Part shown: one piece after another, positions 48,359 to 58,073 of the stretch
How the letters are laid out: the number at the start of each line of letters is the position of its first letter
How positions within the stretch are numbered: the first letter of the stretch is position 1
Source of the DNA: Microgenomates group bacterium
GTDB taxonomy: Bacteria > Patescibacteriota > Microgenomatia > PFEM01 > JBNASD01
Assembly (NCBI GenBank): GCA_049720225.1
Contig: JBNASD010000001.1
Span: forward strand, 396,815-460,814
Direction of reading: 5' to 3'
Length of the DNA stretch: 64,000 nucleotides
The notes under the pieces: model-generated
The model's input: the letters and a program-made list of their open reading frames with translations, nothing else
Databases searched by the model: none
What the model was told of the DNA's origin: nothing
Position numbers and translations under genes: made by a program

Positions 48359-50590
48359 TTATTTTCTTTTCACCTCCACAGTAATATTTTTAACTAATTG
48401 GGGAAATGTCAAAAATTTTGCCGGAAGTTGAGGAGTTATCTCTATTTGATAAGAATTTACCTTCGATAAATTATTTAAATAAGTCTGACCAGCAGATAAA
48501 GATTTACCTCTTAAATCTTTTTTAATTGCTTCTAAATCAAACGTAGGAAATAGATAAGCTTTAAATTTAACTTTGAAATTGGCTGTTCCGTCTTTATTTA
48601 CTTTTTCTAATCTAAAATCAACTTCTTTCTCTTCCGGTTTATATTGATAACCTTCGGGAATAAGTTGCGAAATCTTTTTTTCTAAAACCTTATTAAAATC
48701 CGCATTAGAATAAGTTAAAACTTTAAACTCTACTTCTAAGTTAAGTTTTATTTCTTCTGCCTCTTCATCAGTTTCTCTGTCAAAAATTTCTTTTTTAATT
48801 GTATAACTTAAAGAATCTTTAATTACTTCTTTATCAGGAGAAATTTTTTCTTTAAATTTTTCCCAAATTTCCTCTTTAAGAGATTCGAGAATTTCTTTTT
48901 TTAATTCTTCTTTGTCTTTTTTCGCCACTACTTGAATTTCTCGACTAGTTCCTCCACTAAACGCCTCTTCATTTTTAGCCACAAAGTCTGATTTTGAATA
49001 ATTATTAATATTAAACTCTGTTCCAGCAGCTAAATTTCCCTCCGCCCCTATTTTTACTGCCTTTACCTTTACCTTTGCTTTTCCTGGAACCTTCACATAA
49101 TCTGCCCCGACGCTTTCAGAAGCAACCGTCACCTCTTCTTCTAAAGTAAATTTCAATCCATCAGGACCAATAATCTCCGTTCCTTTTTCAAACTTTTTTT
49201 CTTTAGCGGTGCGATTATAGATTACCACCTCTCCTGAAGCGGGTTCTCCTACTACTTTGACACCAGTAGTTTCTTTTTTTCCTTCTTTGGACAAAACTAA
49301 AACTATCTCTTCTCCTGGTAAAATTAATTTTTCTTCGTCGGGAGATTTTATCTGAGGATCAACGGTAACTCCCAAATCCTTTTCTAAAATCTCTGGTTTA
49401 ACCCACAAAATAATTTTTGCTTTAGGAATAAACCACCAATAAGCAAATAACCCCCCTCCCAAAAGAAAAAGTAATAAAAATAAAACCAAAAGTATCGACC
49501 TTTTTCTTCCTTTTAAAAGAAGAATTTTTTCTACTGAATTTTTAATTATATTTCCCACCTTAAGGAAAAGGGGAAAAGCCATTTCTTTTAGGTTTTTTAT
49601 CTTTTCTAAAGATGGCTTCATCTTTTCTGTTTCTTGAGAAGATTCCTCTGTTGATACAACAGTTGGCGGAATTATCTCTTCTTCTTTAAGAGTAATATCT
49701 TCTCCCTTTACAAAACCAAAATTTTCTTCTTCTTTAACTGAAGGGGAAATTTCCTCAATCTTTTCTTCTTCCTCTAAAACTTCCGATTCTTCAGAAATTT
49801 CCTCTTTGGTTGGTATTTTCGCTTCCTCTTTCAAAATAACTCCTTTTACTTCCCCTATCTCTTTACCTCCTGCTAATACTAAAGAGAGTAAAGAAAACTC
49901 AAAAGGAAGAATCTCTACTTTTGGCAGATGAAAAAAGTTAATTTCCAATTCTTCCCAAGAAATCTCTTCTATCTGTCTTTTTTCTTCTTCTAAATTTTCT
50001 TGATTATAAAGAATAATTCTTGCAGGTAAAACTTCGCTTTTATCAAATCGAGAAAATCCCTCAATTAAATCTTCTTTTAAGTTTTCACTCCGAACTAATT
50101 CTTCGGTAGCAATAAATTTTCCTACTTTAATTAAACTTAAAAATATTTTTTTTGAAGTAAAATTAATTAGAATTGCGCTTAAAGGAATTCCTTCTTTGAT
50201 TTTAAAATGATGAGCAATTGCCTCAGGAGTAATTACAAATCCTAATGCCTCAAAGTTCATCTCTCGACAAATTGTTTTTAAGATTGCCATCTTTTCCTCT
50301 TTTACTTCATTACTTTCTTTAAGCCAACTAAAAGGAATACCAAAAATTATTTTTTGAGAAGCGATATTCTCTTGAGGAGGAAGAGATTGATCAATAGCAG
50401 TAATTATTTCTTCATCATTTTCAAAAAAAACCATTTTCCCTACTTTTACCACTTCTACTATTCCTTCAGAAGAAATCCTCCACCAGGCAGAGTTGACAAA
50501 TTCATCTTCAATTAAAACCGCTAAATAAGTTTCCGGTGGTCTTTTTTCCTCAAAAGATTTAATTTTTTTAAAAAAATTACTGATTTCCAT
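48359..50590 (-). CDS. Large bitopic hypothetical protein: ~240-aa N-terminal cytoplasmic domain, ~120-aa Glu-rich linker, single TM helix, ~370-aa Lys-rich extracytoplasmic region
   Basis: TM helix SILLVLFLLLFLLGGGLFAYWWFIP near residue 350. The acidic block EEISEESEVLEEEEKIEEISPSVKEEE precedes it. No family recognised and no C-terminal LPXTG sorting signal. Confidence 0.5.
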   Translation of the reverse strand: MEISNFFKKIKSFEEKRPPETYLAVLIEDEFVNSAWWRISSEGIVEVVKVGKMVFFENDEEIITAIDQSLPPQENIASQKIIFGIPFSWLKESNEVKEEKMAILKTICREMNFEALGFVITPEAIAHHFKIKEGIPLSAILINFTSKKIFLSLIKVGKFIATEELVRSENLKEDLIEGFSRFDKSEVLPARIILYNQENLEEEKRQIEEISWEELEINFFHLPKVEILPFEFSLLSLVLAGGKEIGEVKGVILKEEAKIPTKEEISEESEVLEEEEKIEEISPSVKEEENFGFVKGEDITLKEEEIIPPTVVSTEESSQETEKMKPSLEKIKNLKEMAFPLFLKVGNIIKNSVEKILLLKGRKRSILLVLFLLLFLLGGGLFAYWWFIPKAKIILWVKPEILEKDLGVTVDPQIKSPDEEKLILPGEEIVLVLSKEGKKETTGVKVVGEPASGEVVIYNRTAKEKKFEKGTEIIGPDGLKFTLEEEVTVASESVGADYVKVPGKAKVKVKAVKIGAEGNLAAGTEFNINNYSKSDFVAKNEEAFSGGTSREIQVVAKKDKEELKKEILESLKEEIWEKFKEKISPDKEVIKDSLSYTIKKEIFDRETDEEAEEIKLNLEVEFKVLTYSNADFNKVLEKKISQLIPEGYQYKPEEKEVDFRLEKVNKDGTANFKVKFKAYLFPTFDLEAIKKDLRGKSLSAGQTYLNNLSKVNSYQIEITPQLPAKFLTFPQLVKNITVEVKRK

Positions 50591-52337
50591 AATTTAATAC
50601 TGCATAAATTCGCCGTTTACCAGCACCGGCTGATTCTTCTTTAACTATTTTAACACCCCCAATTTCTCCAGTAGAATTCACATGAGGTCCTCCACAAACT
50701 TCTTTAGAAAAATAATTACCTTCTTCACCAATAGTATAAACTTTTACTTTTTCAGAATATCTGTCGCCAAAAAAAGCCAATGCTCCTTCTTTTTTAGCTT
50801 CCGAAAGAGTAGTAATTTTCATTGTCACTGGTAAGTTTTCTTTTATTTTTTGATTAATAATTTCCTCAACTTTTTTTATTTCTTCTTTAGTTAAAGGTTG
50901 AGGATGGATAAAATCAAATCTCAATCGTTGAGGAGTAATATTGCTTCCTACCTGTCTTATATGAGTACCTAAAACTAATCTTAAAGCCGCTTGAAGAAGA
51001 TGAGTAGCCGTGTGAAGTTTAATTACCTCCGGAGAATGATCGGCTAATCCTCCTTTAAATTTTTTTACTCCTCCTTGACGAGAAATTTCTTGGTGTTTTC
51101 TAAATTCTCTTTCAAAAACTTCTTTGTCGATCACTTGTCCCCTTTCTTGGGCGATTTCTTCAGTCATTTCTAAGGGAATTCCGTAAGTTTCATATAACCA
51201 AAAAGCAATTTTTCCATCTAACGTGGAATACTTTTCTATTTGACGAAGACCCTTTTCTAAAAGACGGTAGAATTTTTCTTCTTCGGTAGTCAAAACTTGG
51301 TCAATTGATTCCTCTTTATTTTTTAATTCCGGATATTCCTCTTTCATTGTTGCAATTACTGCTTTCCCTATTTTTGAAGAAAATCCTTCTTTTAAATCTA
51401 ATTTTTTCCCAAAACGAATCGCTCTTCTTATTAACCTTCTTAAGACATAGCCTTGTTCAATATTTGCTGGCAGAACCCCATCGGCAATTAAAAACACAGC
51501 CGCCCTCAAATGATCAGCAACAATCCGAAATGACTTTTGATTTTCAAAATATCTCTTTTTACTTAACTGTTCAATTTCTTCAATTAATGGTAAAAAAACA
51601 TCAATTTGAAATACATCTTCTTTATCTTGCAAAACTACACCTGTTCGTTCTACTCCCATTCCTGTATCAACGTTTTTTTGCTTTAATTTTTCATAAGTAC
51701 CATCTGGTTTTCGGTTATATTCCATAAAAACGTTATTCCAAACTTCAAAAAATCGGCCACAACCATCACCCGGCCGACAGTAAATACCACAAGGCGATTT
51801 ACCGGTATCATAAAAAATTTCACTGTCAGGTCCCCCAGGACCAGTTTCACCTGCCTCCCACCAATTATCCTCCTTTCCTAAAGGAAAAATTCGTGAAGAA
51901 GGAATTCCCAACTTTTGCCAAATTTTTTCTGCCTCTTCATCTTTAGGAGCATTTTCATCACCAGCAAAGATAGTAACATAAAGACGTTTTGGATCTAAAT
52001 TTAAAACTTTAGTTAAAAATTCATAACTCCAACTTAAAGCTTCCTCTTTCCAATAATCTCCTAACGACCAATTTCCTAACATTTCAAAAAAAGTAAGATG
52101 AGAAGTATCGCCAATTTTTTCAATGTCATTAGTTCGCAAACAACGTTGTAAACTACAAAGTCTTTTTCCTAGAGGATGAGGTTCTCCCAATAAATAGGGA
52201 ACTAATGGCTGCATTCCCGCAGAAATGAATAAAGTCGTGGGGTCATTTTCGGGAACTAACGGCAAGTTAGGTAAAACTTTATGTCCCTTTTTAATAAAAA
52301 AATCTAAAAATTTTTTTCTTAACCACGAGGAATTCAT
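50577..52337 (-). CDS. alaS: Alanine--tRNA ligase, compact form (catalytic + tRNA-recognition + editing HxxxH/CxxxH; no C-Ala domain)
   Basis: ...FISAGMQPLVPYLLG... is class-II motif context. The editing domain has HTATHLLQAALRLVLG...CGGPHV. Confidence 0.85.
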   Translation of the reverse strand: MNSSWLRKKFLDFFIKKGHKVLPNLPLVPENDPTTLFISAGMQPLVPYLLGEPHPLGKRLCSLQRCLRTNDIEKIGDTSHLTFFEMLGNWSLGDYWKEEALSWSYEFLTKVLNLDPKRLYVTIFAGDENAPKDEEAEKIWQKLGIPSSRIFPLGKEDNWWEAGETGPGGPDSEIFYDTGKSPCGIYCRPGDGCGRFFEVWNNVFMEYNRKPDGTYEKLKQKNVDTGMGVERTGVVLQDKEDVFQIDVFLPLIEEIEQLSKKRYFENQKSFRIVADHLRAAVFLIADGVLPANIEQGYVLRRLIRRAIRFGKKLDLKEGFSSKIGKAVIATMKEEYPELKNKEESIDQVLTTEEEKFYRLLEKGLRQIEKYSTLDGKIAFWLYETYGIPLEMTEEIAQERGQVIDKEVFEREFRKHQEISRQGGVKKFKGGLADHSPEVIKLHTATHLLQAALRLVLGTHIRQVGSNITPQRLRFDFIHPQPLTKEEIKKVEEIINQKIKENLPVTMKITTLSEAKKEGALAFFGDRYSEKVKVYTIGEEGNYFSKEVCGGPHVNSTGEIGGVKIVKEESAGAGKRRIYAVLNYGNQ

Positions 52338-52381
52338 TTTCTTAAATGATAGCTAATTTTAATTCTGAAGGCAAATTTAAT

Positions 52382-52735
52382 TTAAACTAGAGGCCTGCCG
52401 TTCCGTTTAAAAAAACGACTAAATTTTCTTTTTTCTTTGACAATTTTATCTATTAAATTATCTTTTCTTTCCTCTAATGATTCTATTTTTTTAACAATTT
52501 GCTCTTGAGTTTCTTTTGCTTTTCTTTCTAATTCTCCTTTATTTTCCTCTATTTCTTCCACTAAATCACCTAATTCTTCCAGAGCTTCTTTTCCTTTTTT
52601 AATTAATTTCTTTTTTACTTTTTTTCCCTCATTGGTGGCTGTTAAAAAATAAAGAACTCCTCCTCCAACAATTATCCCCAAAAGCAATCCGGTTAAAAAA
52701 CTTTCACAATGACATTCATTATTATTCTTCTCCAT
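52382..52735 (-). CDS. YtxH-like protein (N-terminal GxxxG TM helix + coiled coil)
   Basis: LTGLLLGIIVGGGVLYFL, then a K/E-rich coiled coil. Confidence 0.4.
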   Translation of the reverse strand: MEKNNNECHCESFLTGLLLGIIVGGGVLYFLTATNEGKKVKKKLIKKGKEALEELGDLVEEIEENKGELERKAKETQEQIVKKIESLEERKDNLIDKIVKEKRKFSRFFKRNGRPLV

Positions 52736-53003
52736 CTTCCTCTTCCTTTCTTTCTTTAACTTTTTTAAGAAAAAGAGTTAAAAATCCAAGAAGGCCAGAA
52801 AGACTACCTAAAGAGTTCGATAAAGAAGCTATTGGTTTAGAAAAAGATTCAGAGATTATTCCCGCATCATCTAAAATTTTATTTACTTTTTTTACTGATT
52901 GTTGAACTTCTTTAAGAATGAAGAAGACTTGGATTCCTACTAATAAAAGAAGAAAAGTTAAAACACAAACAACAATAATTAAAAGAGTTTGGGCAGGTTC
53001 CAT
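52722..53003 (-). CDS. DUF948/YtxG-like small membrane protein
   Basis: N-terminal TM helix, an amphipathic segment, and an acidic tail. It pairs with the following YtxH-like gene, as in the Bacillus ytxG-ytxH arrangement. Confidence 0.35.
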   Translation of the reverse strand: MEPAQTLLIIVVCVLTFLLLLVGIQVFFILKEVQQSVKKVNKILDDAGIISESFSKPIASLSNSLGSLSGLLGFLTLFLKKVKERKEEEDGEE

Positions 53004-53020
53004 ATTATTTTAAGTTTAAC

Positions 53021-53665
53021 TTATTTATTTTCTTTGTCAAGACGAAGAATAGTTAAAATTTTCTCGGTTTTTTTTCCTTCTTTATCAACTGCTTCAATTA
53101 TAAACTTATTTTCTCCCAAAAAAAGTTCGGTTTTAAAAGTAAATTCTCCATTTAAAGAAACTAATACTGGTAAATCATTTATTTTTATTACCGCATCCGG
53201 ACGAGTTCTTCCTTTAATTTCTATTTCTTTCTTATCAGTCTCAAAAGAAAGGGAAGAAGGATAAAGAAGTTTTATTGGCGGTGGTTTTTTAAAAACAAAA
53301 TATTGATAACTTAAATAAAAACCAACGCTGAAAATAATAATTAAAATTGCTAAAACAAAAGAAAGATTAAATTTTATTTTTTTCTCTTTTTTGAAAGTAG
53401 TTTTTTCTTTTGTTAAAAAGTTTTTTTGAGAAACAGCAAAATCACGACGAAAAAAAGCTAACGCTTTTTCTGGAGAAACACCTAAATATTGAGCATAATT
53501 TTTAATAAAACCACTGGCAATTACAACCGAAGGAAATAAAGAAAAATCGTTTTTTTCAATTGCCAACAAAAATTTTTTTCTAATTTTAGTTTCTTTTTCT
53601 GCTTCTTCGAGAGTAATTTTTTTCTTTAAACGAGCTTCTTTAATAATTTCACCAACAGTTTTCAT
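53021..53665 (-). CDS. RodZ-like HTH membrane protein
   Basis: The N-terminal XRE-like HTH is GEIIKEARLKKKITLEEAEKETKIRKKFLLAIEKNDFSLFP...GFIKNYAQYLG, followed by one TM helix and an extracytoplasmic domain. Confidence 0.55.
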   Translation of the reverse strand: MKTVGEIIKEARLKKKITLEEAEKETKIRKKFLLAIEKNDFSLFPSVVIASGFIKNYAQYLGVSPEKALAFFRRDFAVSQKNFLTKEKTTFKKEKKIKFNLSFVLAILIIIFSVGFYLSYQYFVFKKPPPIKLLYPSSLSFETDKKEIEIKGRTRPDAVIKINDLPVLVSLNGEFTFKTELFLGENKFIIEAVDKEGKKTEKILTILRLDKENK

Positions 53666-55800
53666 TATTTTTCTTCAGAAGAAGATAAATATTTTTCAAC
53701 ATTTTCTAAATAAACTTCCCGAGGTTTTGCCCCTTCTCCTGGCCCAACTAAGCCGGCTGCTTCTAATTGATCGATAATTCTTGCGGCGCGAGCATAACCT
53801 ACTTTTAGTCTTCTCTGAAGCAAAGAGGCAGAAGCGCGATCATATTGACGAATAATCCTAATTGCTTCTTCAAAAAGGGGATCTTTTTCTTCACCAAAAT
53901 CTTGTTTGGAAGCTAATTCAATTTTTTGATGAACTACTTCTTCTGAATATTCCGGGGAGATACCCTTTCTTTTTAAAAACTCAATCACTCTTTTAATTTC
54001 TTCATCGGAAATAAATGCCCCCTGAATTCTGGTTGGTTTTGCTTGATCAGGAGGAATAAAAAGCATATCTCCTCGTCCCAAAAGTTTCTCTGCTCCTGGC
54101 ATATCAATAATTACCCGCGAATCTACCTGAGAAGAAACATTAAAAGCAATTCGACAAGGAATATTGGCTTTAATTAACCCAGTTAAAACATCTACTGATG
54201 GCCTTTGAGTTGATAAAATTAAATGAATTCCGGTGGCTCTCGCCATTTGAGCGATTCGACAAATAGTATCTTCCACTTCTGCCGGCGCAAAAAGCATAAT
54301 ATCTGCCAATTCGTCAATAATAATTAAAATATAAGGCAAAGCAGAAAAACCTGATAGTTCATTATAAGCATCTAAGTTTCTCACTCCTACCTCAGTAAAT
54401 AACTTATATCTTCTTTCCATCTCTGAAACTGCCCACTTTAAAGCAGACAAAACTTTATCGGGTTCATAAATTACCGGTGTTAAAAGATGAGGAATACCAT
54501 TATATTGAGTAAGTTCCACCCTTTTTGGATCAATTAAAATAAATTTTACCTCCCAAGGAGAAGCACGAAATAAAATGGTATTAATAAAAGAATGAATACA
54601 AACACTTTTTCCCGAACCAGTGGCACCGGCGATTAAGATATGAGGCATTTTTCCAATATCAACCACTACCGGCTCTCCAGAAACATTTAAACCTAAACCT
54701 ACCGCTAATTTTGATTTATTCTTTTTTAATTTTTCTGAAGTAAGCATTTGTCTTAAAGTAACAAATTCAGGAGAATAATTGGGAACCTCTACTCCCACTA
54801 AAGATCGACCAGGAATAGGTGCTTCAATTCTAATTTGGCCAGTAGGAGCGGCAAGAGTCATCGCTAAATCATTTGAAAGGGCAGTAATTTTAGAAAGTTT
54901 AGTTCCTAAAGGAATTTTTAATGCATACTGAGTAACTGTTGGTCCAGGATTAACTTCCACCACCCGCGCAGAAATTCCAAACGATTCTAGTGTTTCTTCT
55001 ATTCTTTCGGCGTTCTTTTTAATATCTCCTCTTTCCGCCTTTCCTAAAGGAACTTCTGAAAGTAAATCTAAAGGCGGATATTCCCAAACTTGATTAATAG
55101 GGGAAAAAGAGGAAATAGGTTTTTCGATTTCTCCCTCTTCTGATATCTTTTCTTTTTCTTCTAATTTCTTTTCTGAAGAAATCATAATTTCCTTTTTTAA
55201 AGGAATAGTGGGTTTAGATAAAGAAGGAGTATTTAAAACAAAACTTCTTTTTTTGAATTTCCCAAAAGTGCGAAAAATTTTTTTAAACTTTTCAATATTT
55301 TTAGATAAAAAAGAAAGAATTTCTTCTAAAGAAATCTCAAAGGTGATAACCATTCCAATTAAAAGGAAGCCAAAAAGAATCAAAAAAGCTCCAGAAGAAC
55401 TAAGAAGAACCATTAAATTTTGCCAGAGAGTTAATCCTACCAAACCTGCTTTTGTTAAACCAATTGAAGCAATAAAAGTTATCCCTCCGCCAATTACTAC
55501 ATTAGGTTGAGTAATTCTCCATTTCAAACGCGTCATCATCAAACCGGAAAAAATTAACAAAAATGGCAAAAAAACAATTCCCCAACCAAAAAGATAATTC
55601 AAAATCGTCCAAAGTTTTAAAAGAAATTTTCCTTGCCGAGAGAAAGAAAGAATAATTAACCCTGCTAAGGAAAAAAGAAGAATTGAAGATAAAGTATATA
55701 AAGTTTCTGGCTTTAATTTTAATTTAAAGGCTTTTCGACGCCTAAAAGATCGTCTCTTTTTAGAAATTTTCCCTGGTTTTTCTTCCAAATTTTTGGTCAT
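53665..55800 (-). CDS. ftsK: DNA translocase FtsK/SpoIIIE
   Basis: Four N-terminal TM helices, Walker A GATGSGKSV, and the C-terminal gamma wHTH. Confidence 0.85.
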   Translation of the reverse strand: MTKNLEEKPGKISKKRRSFRRRKAFKLKLKPETLYTLSSILLFSLAGLIILSFSRQGKFLLKLWTILNYLFGWGIVFLPFLLIFSGLMMTRLKWRITQPNVVIGGGITFIASIGLTKAGLVGLTLWQNLMVLLSSSGAFLILFGFLLIGMVITFEISLEEILSFLSKNIEKFKKIFRTFGKFKKRSFVLNTPSLSKPTIPLKKEIMISSEKKLEEKEKISEEGEIEKPISSFSPINQVWEYPPLDLLSEVPLGKAERGDIKKNAERIEETLESFGISARVVEVNPGPTVTQYALKIPLGTKLSKITALSNDLAMTLAAPTGQIRIEAPIPGRSLVGVEVPNYSPEFVTLRQMLTSEKLKKNKSKLAVGLGLNVSGEPVVVDIGKMPHILIAGATGSGKSVCIHSFINTILFRASPWEVKFILIDPKRVELTQYNGIPHLLTPVIYEPDKVLSALKWAVSEMERRYKLFTEVGVRNLDAYNELSGFSALPYILIIIDELADIMLFAPAEVEDTICRIAQMARATGIHLILSTQRPSVDVLTGLIKANIPCRIAFNVSSQVDSRVIIDMPGAEKLLGRGDMLFIPPDQAKPTRIQGAFISDEEIKRVIEFLKRKGISPEYSEEVVHQKIELASKQDFGEEKDPLFEEAIRIIRQYDRASASLLQRRLKVGYARAARIIDQLEAAGLVGPGEGAKPREVYLENVEKYLSSSEEK

Positions 55801-55818
55801 ATCTTAATTTTATAATAT

Positions 55819-57477
55819 TTAAACCTCCATTATCAAAACGACAATCATCGGTTTTCTTCCTGTTTTTTCAAAGAAAAATCTTTCAATCTCCTCTTCAATT
55901 TTTTGACGAAGGAAATAAACATCCTTTCCTTGATTCTTTTTAATTAAACTAATAATTTTTTGTTTTCCTTGATTAATTAGAGGAAGATTTTTCTTTATAT
56001 AAACAAAACCCCGACTAATAATTTCCGGTTCTCCAATCAACCGTTTAGTCTCTTGATTTAAAAGAACAAAAATCACCGCAATTCCCTCAGTGGCTAAAAT
56101 TTTTCTGTCTCTTAAAACTATCTCTCCTACATCACCAACACCATAAGCATCAACAAATACCTTTTTAGGGGTAAATTTTTGGGAAATTTTTACTTGATTA
56201 TTTGGAAAAAATTCAACAAATTCTTCTTTATCAGGTAAAAGAATTTGTTTTTCTCTAAATCCCTCCTTCAAAGCTAATCTTTTATAAGCAACCATATGGC
56301 GAAAATTCCCTCCAATAGGAATAACATATTGAGGGTTAACCATTTTTAACAACTTTGCTAAATCCTGCTGAAAACCATGACCGGAAACATGAACGCCACT
56401 ATGAATATCCTGATAAACAACCTCTCCTCCCAAACGATAAATATTGTCAATTAATCGATAAATTGCTGCTTCATTTCCAGGAATATAATCGGTAGAAAAA
56501 ATTACTTTATCTCCAGGTTCGATTTTTACTTCCTCTTCCTCTCCGGAAACAATTTTATCCAAAGCAGAACCTAATTGACCTTGACTGCCCGCTACCAATA
56601 AAGTCAATTTTTCAGGCGGATATTTCTTAATTTCTTTTTTAGAAAGAAAAATACTTTCTTTAAAATTAAGATATTTAAGTTGCCGGGCTAGCTTTACATT
56701 TTCTTTTACCGAACGACCCAATAAAACTATTTTTCTCCCATAATCTAAGGAAGCCTCAATTGCTTGTTTAAGACGAGAAATATTGGAAGAAAAAGTAGTT
56801 ACTAAAAACTTTCCTTGGCAATTTTCCATTTCTTCCAAAAACATTTTTTTGAGTTTGTTTTCGGGAGGAGTAAAACCTGCTACCTCTGCTCTTAAACAAT
56901 CGGAAAGAAGACAAAGGACTCCTTTTTGACCCACTTTTTTAATTTTATCTTGAGACGTAGCTTGACCAATAACAGGAGTTAAATCAAGTTTAAAATCAGC
57001 CGCATGATAAACTATTCCCAGTGGTGTATTAATTACTAAATGATAAGTATCAGGAATTGAATGAGTAACGCTTATAAATTCTAAAAAAAATTCTCCTAAA
57101 CTAATTTTTGTTTTTTCATCAAACTCTCGAAAATCTGCCAACACTCCAAATTCTTTACATTTTAATTTACTTAATGCAATTGCCCATTTAGGTCCATAAA
57201 CAGGAATTCTTTTAGAAAACTGAGGTAAAATATAAGGAAGAGCCCCAATGTGATCTTCATGTCCATGAGAAAGAATTATTCCCCGAATTTTTTCTTCTTT
57301 ATTTTTCAAATAACTAATATCAGGAATAATTAAATCAACGCCCGTAATATCTTCTTCCGGAAAACCAACCCCACAATCAACCACTAAAATATCTTTTGGG
57401 GTTTCGTAAACAAACATATTTTGGGTTACTTCCCCAAATCCACCTAAAGAAATTATTTTTAATGATTTTTCTTCCAC
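55819..57477 (-). CDS. rnj: Ribonuclease J (metallo-beta-lactamase + beta-CASP)
   Basis: HGHEDHIGALPYILPQ plus beta-CASP motifs. Confidence 0.85.
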   Translation of the reverse strand: MEEKSLKIISLGGFGEVTQNMFVYETPKDILVVDCGVGFPEEDITGVDLIIPDISYLKNKEEKIRGIILSHGHEDHIGALPYILPQFSKRIPVYGPKWAIALSKLKCKEFGVLADFREFDEKTKISLGEFFLEFISVTHSIPDTYHLVINTPLGIVYHAADFKLDLTPVIGQATSQDKIKKVGQKGVLCLLSDCLRAEVAGFTPPENKLKKMFLEEMENCQGKFLVTTFSSNISRLKQAIEASLDYGRKIVLLGRSVKENVKLARQLKYLNFKESIFLSKKEIKKYPPEKLTLLVAGSQGQLGSALDKIVSGEEEEVKIEPGDKVIFSTDYIPGNEAAIYRLIDNIYRLGGEVVYQDIHSGVHVSGHGFQQDLAKLLKMVNPQYVIPIGGNFRHMVAYKRLALKEGFREKQILLPDKEEFVEFFPNNQVKISQKFTPKKVFVDAYGVGDVGEIVLRDRKILATEGIAVIFVLLNQETKRLIGEPEIISRGFVYIKKNLPLINQGKQKIISLIKKNQGKDVYFLRQKIEEEIERFFFEKTGRKPMIVVLIMEV

Positions 57478-57478
57478 T

Positions 57479-58063
57479 TTAATTAATTAAACTAAATTGT
57501 TTATTTAAAAAAACACCCAATTTTAAGAAATCTTTTTTTAAATCTTCCTTTATTTTACCATTTCTTAATCCAGCGGCTGGATGATAAAAAGGAACAAGAA
57601 TCCTTTTTTTATTTTCCCAAAAAATAACTTTAAATTGGCCATGAATCTGAGAAATTAATCTGCCTGGTAAAAATTTATTTAAAGAAAATCGACCAAGAGT
57701 AATAATAATTTTTGGATCAATTATCTTAAGTTGTTCATCTAAAAAAAGTTCGCAGGCTTTAATTTCTTCTGGTAATGGATCTCGATTAGCTGGCGGTCGG
57801 TGTTTAATAATATTAGTAATAAAAACATCTTCTCTTTTAACTTTAATAGAAGATAACAATTCATCTAAAAACTTTCCCGCTTTTCCCACAAAAGGTTCTC
57901 CTTTTTGATCTTCCCAATAACCTGGGGCTTCACCAATTAAAACGATTTTACTTAAAGAGTTTCCTTTTCCTGGAACCGCTTTTTTGGCGGTTTTATACAA
58001 CAAACATCTCCGACAAGAATTGATTTTTTGGGCAATTATTTTAAGTTTTTCTTCTTTAGTCAC
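57479..58063 (-). CDS. Uracil-DNA glycosylase, family 4 (Fe-S)
   Basis: CRRCLL...GEAPGYWEDQKGEPFVGKAGKFLDELL...HPAA. Confidence 0.75.
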   Translation of the reverse strand: MTKEEKLKIIAQKINSCRRCLLYKTAKKAVPGKGNSLSKIVLIGEAPGYWEDQKGEPFVGKAGKFLDELLSSIKVKREDVFITNIIKHRPPANRDPLPEEIKACELFLDEQLKIIDPKIIITLGRFSLNKFLPGRLISQIHGQFKVIFWENKKRILVPFYHPAAGLRNGKIKEDLKKDFLKLGVFLNKQFSLIN

Positions 58064-58073
58064 TTTTAAAAAT

